A stretch of DNA of 64,000 bases, taken from an uncultured delta proteobacterium (GTDB lineage: Bacteria; Desulfobacterota; Desulfobacteria; Desulfobacterales; Desulfatirhabdiaceae). A program made the translations under genes and the position numbers. Every line of letters starts with the position of its first letter. Position 1 is the stretch's first letter. The notes under the pieces are model-generated. The model had not been told where the DNA came from. It made no database searches and was given only the letters and a program-made list of their open reading frames with translations. Of this stretch, positions 1-10,953 are shown piece by piece. Where the stretch lies: the NCBI GenBank assembly GCA_963789395.1, contig CAWBKP010000011.1, positions 96,001 through 160,000 of the forward strand, given 5' to 3'.

Positions 1-851
1 CATCGCCCCCTGCATTGCCTCGAAAACCACGTGATCCGGCAGTGGTTGTCATGGATGAAAAAGGCAGACATGTCATCAGCCTGCTTTCAGGCCACATCGG
101 CGGCGCCAATCGCCTGGCGGTGGCCATTTCCGAAAAGCTTCAGGCAACTCCCGTCATCACCACGGCAACGGATCTTCATCAGGTTCCGGCCATCGATGTC
201 ATCGCCGTGGACAACGGCCTGTTCATCGAAAACCCCGAAGCCATCAAAACCATCAGCATGGCTTTTCTGCGACGGACCCTGTTTATCTGCATGATCCGTA
301 TCACCGGCTGGATGACATCGCGCTTGATGGCATGATTCACTGCCGGAAACAACTGATGCCGGAAAACAGCGGATGTCTCCCGACGGCAAGCACATCCTCA
401 CCTGCAGTTGTGGTTGACGATCGCCGTGATGCGCTTTCCGGATCCCAGCCTGATCCTGCGGCCCAAATCCCTGATCGCCGGCATGGGGTGCAACCGCAAC
501 ACCGGCGCCAATGAAATCCGGGAGTTTCTGATAAACAAAATGGACCAGTTCGCATTATCCCTGAACAGCCTGAAATGTATCGCCACAATCGATATCAAAT
601 CCGATGAGGCAGGGCTGCTGGAACTTGCCCGAAGCCTTCACATCCCCATCCGGTTTTTCACGCGGGAGGAGCTGTCCGGAATAGACAGCCCGAATCCCTC
701 GGAAATCGTCAATCAACACATAGGAGTACCCAGCGTATGCGAAGCCGCAGCAGTTCTGGCATCGGAAAAGGGGGAACTGATCGTTCCCAAGCAGATCAGC
801 CCGAATGTCACCCTGGCCATTGCCCGAATCAACTTTTCGTTGTCGGATTAG
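1..851 (+). CDS. cbiG: Cobalt-precorrin-5A hydrolase, 5'-truncated by window edge, apparent frameshift near 270-400
   Basis: ORF 15..335 has DPAVVVMDE...ISLLSGHIGGAN...PVITTATD; ORF 408..851 has GMGCNR...SVCEAAA...VTLAIAR; both are CbiG signatures. Confidence 0.88.
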
Positions 852-1616
852 GGCCCGGCAGTCCGGATTATCTGTCAAAACGGGCCTGCGATGTTCTGGA
901 AGCCGTTGACACGGTTGCCGGATACACGACATACCTTGACCTGATCCGGCCGCTGATCCAGGGACAAGCGGATCATCAGCTCCGCCATGACCCAGGAAGT
1001 GGACCGGGTCGAGGCCGCCATTAGATGAGGCCCTGTCGGGCAAGTCCTGCGCCGTCGTATCGAGCGGCGATTCCGGAATTTATGCCATGGCGGGCCTGGT
1101 TCTGGAGATCTGCGCCATCCGCGGGATTCCGATCCTGAAACCGGACATCCGGACCGCCGTGCGATCCGCAGATGCTTCAAGTCGAAATCGTTCCGGGAAT
1201 CCCGGCGGTCTGCGCCGGCGCATCGCTCCTGGGCGCGCCCCTGACCCATGATTTTGCCTGCATCAGCCTCAGCGACCTGCTGACGCCCTGGGAAGTCATT
1301 GAAAAGCGCCTGGATGCCGCAGCACTTGCGGATTTTGTGATTGTCCTCTACAATCCCAAAAGCAAACGCCGGTCCACCCAACTGGAAAGGGCCCAGCAGA
1401 TCATCTTGAAACATCGGGATAAAAATACGCCGGTCGGCATCGTGACCAGCGCCATGCGGGAAGATCAGGAAATTGGCCTGACCACGCTCGAGCATCTGCA
1501 TCTGCGTCAAGGTCACCATGCTCACAACGGTTTTCATCGGAAACAGTTCAACATTTGACTATCAGGGGCTGATGATCACCCCGCGAGGCTACAGCAAGAA
1601 ATATGATATCCGGTAG
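821..1616 (+). CDS. cbiH: Precorrin-3B C17-methyltransferase (CbiH/CobJ), several apparent frameshifts, start uncertain
   Basis: LFVVGLGPG...GYTTYLDL (frame of ORF 737), [14 protein letters not shown] near 1050, VPGIPA...[15 protein letters not shown]...LYNPKS (ORF 1172), ends [14 protein letters not shown] at TAG 1614-1616. Confidence 0.88.
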
Positions 1617-3104
1617 ATCTTTGGCCCCCTGCCTGGCGGTATTCGGAACCGGCTCCGATGTGGGAAAAAGCATCGTGGTGACGGCCCTGTGCCGGATTTT
1701 TGCCAATCGCGGCATTCGGGTGGCCCCCTATAAAGCCCAGAACATGTCCAACAATTCCGGCGTCACCCCGGAAGGCCTGGAAATGGGCCGGGCCCAGATT
1801 GTTCAGGCAGAGGCAAGCAGGATTCCTCCCCATGTGGACATGAATCCGATTCTACTGAAGCCCACCAGCGATATCGGCTCCCAGGTCGTTGTGCTGGGAG
1901 AGGCCGTGGCCAACCGGACGGCGCGCGAATACCACGAGCAGAAGGAAGTCGCTGTTTTCAACTGCGTGCCAGGCCCTTGACCGGCTTCGGGAAACGTATG
2001 ATCTGGTTATTCTGGAAGGGGCCGGGTCCTGCGCGGAAGTCAATCTCATGCCGCATGATATCGTCAATTTCCGAATGGCCGAATATGCCCGGGCACCGGT
2101 GATTCTGGTCGGTGACATTCACCGGGGGGGCATTTTCGGCCAGCTCATCGGCACGTTGGCCTGTCTGCCCCCGGATTGCCAGGACCGGATCGCCGGTTTT
2201 ATCATCAACCGGTTTCGCGGGGACATTTCCCTGTTCCAGGATGGAACCCAGTGGATTGAATCCCGGTCCGGGAAACCCGTTTTCGGCGTTCTTCCCTGGG
2301 TGGACAATCTGGCGGTGGAGGCGGAAGATTCGGTTGTAATTGAAAACCCCAGAAAACCGGTGCTTGAAAATGATTCCAGGCCGGCCATCGCCATCATTCG
2401 CATACCCCATATTTCCAATTTTACGGATTTTGATCCCCTGACCCGGATTTCCGGCATTTCTGTCTCATTTCTTGAACAGCCTCAGGAACTGTCTCATTTC
2501 AAGGCCGTGATCATTCCCGGGTCCAAAAATACCTGTTTTGATCTTACGGTGGCTTCACCGGAGCGGGTGGTCCGCAATTCTCAAAACATATGCCGCAAGT
2601 GGCGGCCATGTTCTGGGAATTTGCGGCGGGTATCAGATTCTGGGAACCCTTGTTCATGATCCGGATGGACTGGAAGGCCCTCCGGGTTCAACCGAAGGCC
2701 TATGCCTGCTGCCCGTTGAAACCGTATTGAAGGCACCGAAAACCACCACTCTGAGCGCCTTTGAATGGCAGGGTGTCGCCGGCAAGGGATATGAAATCCA
2801 CATGGGACAAACCCGGCTTCTCAACGGCAATCCCCTGTTGACCATTACGGAACGCAACGGACTGCCCTGCAATGAAGCCGACGGGGCCCGGGCCGATGTT
2901 TTTTCAGTCATGGGAACCTATATCCACGGCCTGTTCGACACCCCGGGGATCACCCGGCTCTGGCTGGAGCAGATCGGTCTTGGCCAGGTTCCGGTTTCCG
3001 CTGATCAGGGGCCCGTTGCGCGGGATCAGGCATATGACAGGCTGGCAGAACATTTTGAATCCCACATAAATGTCGAAGCCATTTTATCAACGATCTCCGC
3101 ATAA
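1603..3104 (+). CDS. cobQ: Cobyric acid synthase (CbiP/CobQ), split across three frames
   Basis: [68 protein letters not shown] across ORFs 1603, 1889 and 2538. Confidence 0.93.
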
Positions 3105-3144
3105 ACTTTATGTTGCTTTCTTACGAATCTTCTGGAAATTTGAT

Positions 3145-3675
3145 ATGAACACTACCCTTGTCATCGGCGGATGCCGAAGCGGTAAAAGCAGCCATGCCCT
3201 GCATCTGGCGGACAGGATGGGAAATGTCCGGAAAATATTTCTGGCCACCTGTATTCCCCATGACGATGAAATGCACCAGCGGGTTTCCAAGCATCAGGCG
3301 GAACGGGGCGCAGACTGGACCGCCGTGGAAACGCCGGTTTTTCTCCCCGAGGCCATCCGGGATATCGGCCCCAACGCGGATGTTCTGCTGGTGGACTGTC
3401 TGACGCTCTGGGTGAGCAATCTGATGATGGAGCTCACGGACCCGGGTGCGCCAAAAGATCTCCTGACGACTCAGACCCGCAGCCTGATTGAAAGCTTGCG
3501 CGCTGCGGCATGTCCGGTTATACTGGTTACCAACGAAGTCGGCGCCGGGATTGTTCCGGAAAATCAGCTTGCCAGAAGTTTCCGCGATGCCGTGGGACTG
3601 ATCAATCAGCAGATTGCAGCCTGCGTAGACCAGGTAATCTGGATGGTGGCGGGGATTCCGGTAAAGATAAAATAA
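3145..3675 (+). CDS. cobU: Bifunctional adenosylcobinamide kinase / cobinamide-phosphate guanylyltransferase
   Basis: GGCRSGKS P-loop, HQAER, LVDCLTLWVSN, VTNEVGAGIVP, MVAGIP; ATG at 3145. Confidence 0.93.
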   Translation: MNTTLVIGGCRSGKSSHALHLADRMGNVRKIFLATCIPHDDEMHQRVSKHQAERGADWTAVETPVFLPEAIRDIGPNADVLLVDCLTLWVSNLMMELTDPGAPKDLLTTQTRSLIESLRAAACPVILVTNEVGAGIVPENQLARSFRDAVGLINQQIAACVDQVIWMVAGIPVKIK

Positions 3676-3699
3676 GATGGAGTTGATGTCTGTTTGATT

Positions 3700-4893
3700 A
3701 TGAGAATCAATACGATAATACATCGTTATATTTTCAAGGAAATGCTTCCGCCTTTCGGAATCAGTCTGATATTTTTCACGTTTATTTTTTTGATGACCCG
3801 GATCATTGAGATCATGAATATGATTGTCAATTATCGGGTCGGCCTGTCTGTTATCGGATGGATGATTCTTTACACGTTGCCGCTTTTCATGGTATTCATC
3901 ATTCCCATGTCAATTATGATGTCGGTGCTGCTGACCTTTCTGCGGTTATCGGGCGACAATGAAATTCTGGCATTAAAAAACGGGGGGCTGAGTGTTTATG
4001 ATCTGCTGCCGCCGGTGATGCTGTTTTGTCTGGTGGGAGCGATGCTGACCGCATCCGTGGCTTTGTACGGCCTTTCCTGGGGAAGATGTCCATAAAAAAA
4101 CTGGCCCTTCAGGTTGGCGCAACCAATCTGGATATCGGCATCAAAGAGCGGACTTTCAACGACAGTTTTAAAGGCGTGATGCTGTACGTGAACAAAATGG
4201 ACGCCAAAACCAAGAACCCTCAGTGACGTGTTTATCGAAGACTCGCGCTCCCCCGAGGCAATCATCACCATTGTGGCACCCAAAGGCCAGATGGAAAGCA
4301 ATCCGAAAACCCACCAGTTTCTGCTCAGGCTGTATGAGGGAACCATCAACCAGGTGGATATCAAAAGCCAGTCCGTCAACACGGTGCGGTTTGACACATA
4401 CGACATTCACCTGGATACCCGGCAGGCAACCGGAGCAATCAAAACGGGACCAACGCATCCGGAAGAAATGTCTTTGACCGAGATCCGGCAGTTTCTGGAT
4501 ACATCCACCGAAAAAAGTCCGGAGTATTACCGGATACTGATGGAATTTCACAAGAAATTCTCCATGCCGTTTGCCTGCATCGCCCTTGGCCTTCTGGCTG
4601 CTCCGCTGGGCATTCAATCCGGAAAAAGCAGGCGGTCTTTCAGCATCAGCCTGGGGATATTCTTTTTTCTGCTTTATTACATCCTGCTGGCCGCAGGCTG
4701 GGCTTTCGGTAAAACCGGTGAATACCCGCCGCTTCTGGGGATGTGGGTTCCCAATATTGTGACAACCGGCGTCGGCATCCTGATGCTGTACCGTGCGAAC
4801 CATGAAAAGCCGGCACCCTTTTCAGCCCTGGCCGCCCGCGTCTCACGAAAATTCCGGATCTTCAGGAAACGCGCCGGATTTTACGACGTATGA
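3700..4893 (+). CDS. lptF: LPS export ABC permease LptF, apparent frameshifts near 4085 and 4215
   Basis: IIHRYIFKE...RLSGDNEILALKNGG (ORF 3694) and EFHKKFSMPFAC...WVPNI (ORF 4228); directly upstream of lptG. Confidence 0.9.
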
Positions 4894-5972
4894 CTATTCT
4901 TGACAAATACCTCACACGCGAAATGTTTCGATACTTTTTCATGGTATTGATCCTGGTGGTTGCCATTTATCTGGCAGTCGATTTCTTTGAGAAAATTGAC
5001 GATTTCATGAAAGAAGGACTCCCGTTTTCCCGGGTAATCGACTTTTTTCTATATACCCTTCCATCTATCTTATCCTTGATGATTCCGGTAGGGGTGTTGC
5101 TGTCAGCCCTCATCAGCCTGGGCATGATGAATAAACACAATGAACTGACGGCAATCAGAAGCTGCGGAATCAGTATCTATTCATTGATGAAACCCATTCT
5201 GGTGCTGGGTTTCCTGTTTTCCTTCATGCTGTTTTTTCTTTCAGAAGCCATCGTGCCCGTAACCATGACCAGAGCAAACCGGATCTGGCTGACTGAAGTG
5301 CGAAAGGAGCAGGGCATATTTACCCGTGAAAACAACATCTGGATGAAAACCCCCAATGGCATCCTGCATGTCCGTCATTACAACCCTGCTGAAAAAACCA
5401 TGTATAAAGTGACGCTGAACACGTTTGATGATCAGTTTAAACTCATTCGGCGTATGGATGCGGAACGCGGGGTATTTACAAATGGACAGTGGCTGTTTAC
5501 GAATATTCTTGAGCAAACACTGGATGACACGGGTTTCAGCTACAACATCGAATTTCACGATTCCATGCCCGTCGATCTCGATATCAATCCGGAACGGTTC
5601 CAGATGGTGGTTAAAAAAACTTCGGAAATGGATATCATGGAGCTTCTGGACTGTATTCATGCCATCGAGGATGAGGGGTATTCCGCCACGCGGTACTGGG
5701 TGGATTTTCACGCCAAGATCGCCTTCCCCTTTGTCTGCGTTATTCTGGTTCTGGCAGGAGTCAGCATTGCCTGCAAAAACCGCTTGAAAGATGGTCTTCC
5801 AGTTGGTATAGCCTACGGCATAGGCATTGCATTTTCATACTGGGTCGTGAACAGTTTCTGCATTTCACTGGGTTACGGGGAAATGCTGCCGCCGGTAATT
5901 GCCGCATGGGCGACAAATGCCGTTTTTTTGTGTTTCGGCATCATCATGCTGATGCACACGGAGCAGATTTGA
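4890..5972 (+). CDS. lptG: LPS export ABC permease LptG
   Basis: MTILDKYL, NELTAIRSCGIS, FHAKIAFPF, LPPVIAAW; overlaps the lptF stop (ATGA). Confidence 0.92.
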   Translation: MTILDKYLTREMFRYFFMVLILVVAIYLAVDFFEKIDDFMKEGLPFSRVIDFFLYTLPSILSLMIPVGVLLSALISLGMMNKHNELTAIRSCGISIYSLMKPILVLGFLFSFMLFFLSEAIVPVTMTRANRIWLTEVRKEQGIFTRENNIWMKTPNGILHVRHYNPAEKTMYKVTLNTFDDQFKLIRRMDAERGVFTNGQWLFTNILEQTLDDTGFSYNIEFHDSMPVDLDINPERFQMVVKKTSEMDIMELLDCIHAIEDEGYSATRYWVDFHAKIAFPFVCVILVLAGVSIACKNRLKDGLPVGIAYGIGIAFSYWVVNSFCISLGYGEMLPPVIAAWATNAVFLCFGIIMLMHTEQI

Positions 5973-6144
5973 CAGCAACACAAAACAGCTCAGAACAAGG
6001 CTTAGCGGAACGGGTATCCGGTTATTGATGAATCGACAAATACCATGATGGGCAGACAAACAATCATTGGTTTTGAATTTACCGTCGCGCTGACAGTTGC
6101 AAACATCTCAGGCCGGCAAGATGGATAGCCCGTTAAGGAAATAA

Positions 6145-6753
6145 ATGAAATTTAAATTTGAAGAATTTCGCATAAATTTGACGCGTATAGCAGGGGCTAT
6201 CGTTTTGTTTTTTTTCTTCAGTGCACAGAGCTACTGGGAAAGACACAACATTGTAATCTCATATCTTTTGCTTTTCCTGGGCATATTTTTTGTTGCCATT
6301 GCGTCATTGGGGAGGATGTGGTGCTCACTATACATCGCCGGGTACAAAGACAGCAAATTGATTACAGAAGGCCCTTACTCCCTTTGCCGAAATCCCCTGT
6401 ATTTTTTCAGCATGATCGGTGTTATTGGAATTGGTTGCGCCACTAAAACGTTTACTTTTCCAATCCTTTTCATAATTCTTTTTTCATCTTATTATCGATT
6501 TGTCATTAAAAGTGAAGAAGCGCGTCTCAAGCAGCTTTTCGGAGCCGAGTTCGAGGAATATGAAAAGACAGTGCCTGCATTTTTCCCTAAGTTTTCCAAT
6601 TTTTCTGAACCTGACAACTACAATGTGAAGCCGTCTGTCTACAGAAATCATATTTTTAGTGCAATATGGTTTATCTGGATAATTGGAATAATTGAGGTAA
6701 TTGAGGGAATGAAAGAAGTTTGGTTCCTTTCGGCTTTGTGGACGTTTTACTAA
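6145..6753 (+). CDS. Isoprenylcysteine carboxylmethyltransferase (ICMT/PEMT)-family membrane methyltransferase
   Basis: LITEGPYSLCRNPLY and EEARLKQLFGAEFEEY...VPAFFP motifs, several TM segments, AAGGA RBS; visibly AT-rich relative to flanks. Confidence 0.85.
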   Translation: MKFKFEEFRINLTRIAGAIVLFFFFSAQSYWERHNIVISYLLLFLGIFFVAIASLGRMWCSLYIAGYKDSKLITEGPYSLCRNPLYFFSMIGVIGIGCATKTFTFPILFIILFSSYYRFVIKSEEARLKQLFGAEFEEYEKTVPAFFPKFSNFSEPDNYNVKPSVYRNHIFSAIWFIWIIGIIEVIEGMKEVWFLSALWTFY

Positions 6754-6793
6754 TCGGACCAACCGGCCAAGGGACAGTCGCACCGGGCGGTGC

Positions 6794-8143
6794 ATGAAGC
6801 TATCGGGCCATAGCAGGGAAAACAGCGTGATTCTGGCATATAATCTGTTATGGATGTTCGGGGTTTTTCTGGCGATTCCCTGGTTGCTTGTTTCGGTATT
6901 TGCATCCCGAAAAAGGCGTAAAACCGTCCTTCAGCGCCTGGGGATTGCCGTTGCGCCAGGGCTGCCGGATCCGAAAACATCTGAACGTAACCTCCATCCC
7001 CTGTGGGTTCACGCCCTGTCCGTCGGGGAGGTTTTATCCGCGGTTTCGCTTGCCAGGGCGCTCAAACAGCAATATCCGGACCGGCCGGTCGTATTTTCAG
7101 CTTCAACCTTGACGGGGTTTGAAACAGCCTCCCGACTTCTCCGGAATGATCTGACAGCGGTGTTTTATTTTCCCTATGACCTGATATTTTCCGTCCGCTC
7201 CGTGATCAACCGGATCCGTCCCGCCCTGGTCGTCATCGTTGAAACCGATATCTGGCCCAATTTTTTATTTGAGATGAAACGCCGTTTAATTCCAGTCGTT
7301 CTGGTGAACGCCAGGCTTTCAGACCGGTCGTTTTCGGGGTACCGGCGTTTTTTGAAATGGACTTCTCCCGTATTTCAACGTTTTTCTTTCATCTGCGCCC
7401 AGAGCGGGGAAGATGCCAGCCGCTTTAGGAGCCTGGGTCTTCCGGCGGACAGGGTCACGATTGCCGGCAACCTGAAATACGACTCGCCTCCGGATCTGGC
7501 TTCTGAAAATGCGGTTCGGTATCTGCGGAAAATCCTTTACAAAATGACCCACCGGCAATGCCTGGTTGCCGGCAGCACCCACCCCGGTGAAGAGGCCATT
7601 CTCCTTGAAGCGTTTTCCCGCCTGAGAGTCAGGATTCCGGCGCTTTACCTGATTCTTGTTCCAAGGGATGTTGATCGGGCAAACGAGATATGCAATATGG
7701 CGGTTTCAGAAGGGTTCACAGCGGAATTGCTGACAGGGATGGAACACTCACCGGCATTAGATCCTCCGGATGTGGTCGTGGTGAATACTATCGGACATCT
7801 CAAGGCCCTGTATGCGCTTTCCGATGTGGCCTTTGTGGGAGGCAGCCTGATCAATTTCGGCGGCCACAATCCGCTGGAGCCTGCTGCATTTGCAAAGCCG
7901 ATCTTGTTCGGCCCCCATACCGGTGATGTTGCGGACAGTTGCAACCGCCTGCTGGCATCGGGCGGCGCACGGGTGGTTCACGACACCGGTGAACTGGTTC
8001 AGGCGGCCCTGCTCCTGCTCACAAAGAAAGAATGCTCCCAGGCCATGGGGAAAAATGCGTTTCAAGTCCTGCAGGATAATCAGGGGGCATTGGAAAAGAC
8101 CCTGAACACCATCGGTCGGTTTCTGCAAGATGGCATCCTTTAG
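6794..8143 (+). CDS. waaA: Kdo transferase
   Basis: WVHALSVGE, ETDIWPN, NARLSDRS, GNLKYD, AGSTHPGEE, FVGGSL...GGHNPLEPA. Confidence 0.95.
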   Translation: MKLSGHSRENSVILAYNLLWMFGVFLAIPWLLVSVFASRKRRKTVLQRLGIAVAPGLPDPKTSERNLHPLWVHALSVGEVLSAVSLARALKQQYPDRPVVFSASTLTGFETASRLLRNDLTAVFYFPYDLIFSVRSVINRIRPALVVIVETDIWPNFLFEMKRRLIPVVLVNARLSDRSFSGYRRFLKWTSPVFQRFSFICAQSGEDASRFRSLGLPADRVTIAGNLKYDSPPDLASENAVRYLRKILYKMTHRQCLVAGSTHPGEEAILLEAFSRLRVRIPALYLILVPRDVDRANEICNMAVSEGFTAELLTGMEHSPALDPPDVVVVNTIGHLKALYALSDVAFVGGSLINFGGHNPLEPAAFAKPILFGPHTGDVADSCNRLLASGGARVVHDTGELVQAALLLLTKKECSQAMGKNAFQVLQDNQGALEKTLNTIGRFLQDGIL

Positions 8144-9242
8144 TAAATCAATCGCATCCGTGATGACCGGAAAGGCCCGTCCCCCGTTTGTATTGGATCT
8201 TATCCTGACCCTTCTGTCCAAAGCCTATGGCGCAGGCGTTTTACTTCGTCGTAACGGGTATGTTTCGGGTATTCTGACATCCAGAAAACTTCCCTGCACC
8301 GTTATTTCGATTGGCAACCTGACAACCGGGGGAACCGGAAAAACTCCCATGGCCATTTACGTGGCCGAACGGGTACGGCAATTGGGTTATCGGGTTGCTG
8401 TTCTCAGCAGGGGATATAAAGGCGCTGCTGAAAAGCGCGGCGGCATTGTCAGCAATGGAAACAGCATACTGATGGACCCGATTGCAGCCGGTGACGAGCC
8501 GTTCCTGCTGGCAACATCTCTTCATGATATTCCGGTAGTGGTCGGACATGACCGCTATCGATCCGGCATGCAGGCCATCCACCGGTTTCAGACGCAGGTG
8601 GTGATTCTGGATGATGCGTTTCAACATCTTGCACTTTTCCGGGATCTGAATCTGCTGCTGCTGGACAGCACGCTTCCATTCGGAAACGGCCGTCTGCTGC
8701 CCCGCGGAACGTTGCGGGAGCCTGCATCCGCCCTGCGATTCAGCGATGCACTGATCATGACCCGTTCCGCCCGGCCATTTTGCAGCCCCGCGGAACCCTG
8801 GACCCGGGGCCTCCCGGTTTTTTGCGCGGTTCATGAACCTTTTTTCTCCCGCAGATTTTCAGCCGGTGACACACTGACATTTCAAACCAATGCCCCCTTT
8901 ACCGGAAATGCGCGATTAACCGGAAAACGGTATTATGCGTTTTCCGGTATCGCCCATAATGACGATTTTCTAAAAACCCTCAAGAAAATGGGCGCCGATG
9001 TCTGCGGTTTTCAGGAATTCTCCGATCATCATTTCTATTCGGCCGAAGACATTCAGGCCATCCAGAAAGCCGCTGTCCATGCCGGCGCACATGCCATCGT
9101 CACCACCGAAAAAGACCTTGCCAGATTGCATGGCCGGTTCCAATTCTCCATGGAATGCGTTGTTGTCGGGATTCGCATGTCTCTTGACAATGCAATGGCG
9201 TTTGACAGATTCATCCAAAATCGGATATCCTTGACCTCATGA
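8130..9242 (+). CDS. lpxK: Tetraacyldisaccharide 4'-kinase
   Basis: ISIGNLTTGGTGKTP, SRGYKG, GDEP, LDDAFQH, LLPRGTLRE, TTEKD. Confidence 0.95.
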   Translation: MASFSKSIASVMTGKARPPFVLDLILTLLSKAYGAGVLLRRNGYVSGILTSRKLPCTVISIGNLTTGGTGKTPMAIYVAERVRQLGYRVAVLSRGYKGAAEKRGGIVSNGNSILMDPIAAGDEPFLLATSLHDIPVVVGHDRYRSGMQAIHRFQTQVVILDDAFQHLALFRDLNLLLLDSTLPFGNGRLLPRGTLREPASALRFSDALIMTRSARPFCSPAEPWTRGLPVFCAVHEPFFSRRFSAGDTLTFQTNAPFTGNARLTGKRYYAFSGIAHNDDFLKTLKKMGADVCGFQEFSDHHFYSAEDIQAIQKAAVHAGAHAIVTTEKDLARLHGRFQFSMECVVVGIRMSLDNAMAFDRFIQNRISLTS

Positions 9243-9985
9243 TCAGCGTCGTTGTCATCACCTTGAATGAGGCGGACCGGATTCCCGCACTGCTGAAAAG
9301 CGCGGCATTTGCCGATGAAATCATCGTGGTGGATTCCGGCAGCAGCGACGGCACGCCGGAAGTCTGCAGGGCAGGCGGCGCCAGAGTCATCACCCACCCC
9401 TGGCAGGGATTTTCTGCGCAAAAACAATATGCCATGCAGCAGGCATCATTTGAGTGGATTTTGAATCTGGATGCGGATGAACGGATTTCCGATCCCCTGG
9501 CTGCGGAACTTCAGGAAGCAATCCAGAGCGCGCCACCGGAAGTCTGCGGCTTTTCCATGCCCCGGCTCTCCCGGTATCTTGGCACCTGGATCCGTCATGG
9601 CGGCTGGTATCCGGATCGAAAGATACGCCTGGTTCGAAAAGGATGCGGCCAGTGGACAGGCGGCGGGCTGCATGAAAAACTGGAAGTTACCGGAAAGATC
9701 CAGCCGCTGTCAAACCCGATTCTGCATGAGGTATACCGGAACATCTCGGATCAGGTAATGACCATCAACCGGTTCTCAGGTGTATACGCCGAAGAACATT
9801 CGGCAACCGGCGCCTGGTTTACGGCTGTCGGCGTACTGCATGCCCTGGGGAAATTTCTGGAATGCTATCTGTGGAAGCTGGGAATGCTGGATGGCACCGC
9901 CGGACTGGTCATTGCCATGAATTCCGCATGGTATGTATTCCTAAAGCATGCCAAAGTCTGGGAGAGAGGATTGCAGGACAGATAG
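9239..9985 (+). CDS. GT2 glycosyltransferase (WaaE/KdtX-like LPS core enzyme)
   Basis: ISVVVITLNE, VVDSGSSDGT, WILNLDADE, WYPDRKIRL. Confidence 0.85.
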   Translation: MISVVVITLNEADRIPALLKSAAFADEIIVVDSGSSDGTPEVCRAGGARVITHPWQGFSAQKQYAMQQASFEWILNLDADERISDPLAAELQEAIQSAPPEVCGFSMPRLSRYLGTWIRHGGWYPDRKIRLVRKGCGQWTGGGLHEKLEVTGKIQPLSNPILHEVYRNISDQVMTINRFSGVYAEEHSATGAWFTAVGVLHALGKFLECYLWKLGMLDGTAGLVIAMNSAWYVFLKHAKVWERGLQDR

Positions 9986-9987
9986 TC

Positions 9988-10893
9988 ATGAATGTTTTCA
10001 ACGCTTTTCTGACCGGTCTGATATCGACTATGTTTCGGATGATTGGATGCATCCCCGATCCCATTGCCGATTCACTGGCAAGAGCCGGGGCCGGCCTGTG
10101 GTTCCGGATCGATAAAAAGCACCGGAATATCGCCATTCAGAATCTGACACGCGCTTTTGGTCATGAAAAAAGCCCGGAACAGATTCAGGTGCTGGCAGCA
10201 AACTCCTTTTACAACATCCTGCGCATCCCGTTTGAAATCGGATGGAGCGACCGGTTGACATTGCCAGAGCTATACCGGCATGCGGAAATATTCGGGCTGC
10301 ATCACGTACAGGATGCGCTGGCAAAAGGAAAAGGTGTTCTGGGGTTGACCGCCCATATCGGAAACTGGGAACTGCTGCCGTCTGTAGCACCGATGGCCGG
10401 TTTTTCAGCCGATATCATATACCGCCCTCTGGATTTTTTTCCGCTGGATGCTTTTTTTCTTCGCCTCAGAACCCGTTTTGGTGCTGGGCTCATTCCCAAT
10501 ACCCATGCCATGCGAAAAATTCTCCGGCAATTGAAGCACGGTCATTTCGTTGCCATGCTGATGGACCAGAACGTGGACTGGTATGAGGGCGTGTTTGTGG
10601 AGTTTTTCAATCACAGGGCCTGCACCAACAAGGGGTTTGCCCTGCTGGCGCTGAAAACCGGCGCGCCGGTGGTACCGATTTTCATGGTTCGGAACCAACG
10701 CCGATTTATCATCGAATTCTGCCCTGAACTGGAGCTGGTCCGAACCGGGGACCGGACCCATGATGTCGAAGCCAATACCCTTCGATACAATCAGGCCATT
10801 GAATCCATGATCCGGCGTTATCCCGACCAGTGGTTCTGGGTCCACCAGCGATGGAAAACCCGGCCTTTCTGCCCTTGGCCGAAATTACAATGA
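9988..10893 (+). CDS. lpxL: Lipid A late acyltransferase (LpxL/HtrB family)
   Basis: TAHIGNWEL, LMDQN, YPDQWFWVHQRWK; ATG at 9988 after the GT2 stop. Confidence 0.88.
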   Translation: MNVFNAFLTGLISTMFRMIGCIPDPIADSLARAGAGLWFRIDKKHRNIAIQNLTRAFGHEKSPEQIQVLAANSFYNILRIPFEIGWSDRLTLPELYRHAEIFGLHHVQDALAKGKGVLGLTAHIGNWELLPSVAPMAGFSADIIYRPLDFFPLDAFFLRLRTRFGAGLIPNTHAMRKILRQLKHGHFVAMLMDQNVDWYEGVFVEFFNHRACTNKGFALLALKTGAPVVPIFMVRNQRRFIIEFCPELELVRTGDRTHDVEANTLRYNQAIESMIRRYPDQWFWVHQRWKTRPFCPWPKLQ

Positions 10894-10953
10894 AAGGCCT
10901 CAAGGGGCCGTCATTTCCGGCCCTGACCCTTTAACCGCCCATAGCCATTACCT

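Noticed and set aside
1..4893. Programmed frameshifting or selenocysteine readthrough in cob/lpt genes
   Set aside because: The breaks change frame rather than placing an in-frame TGA at Cys positions, and I saw no shared slippery motif
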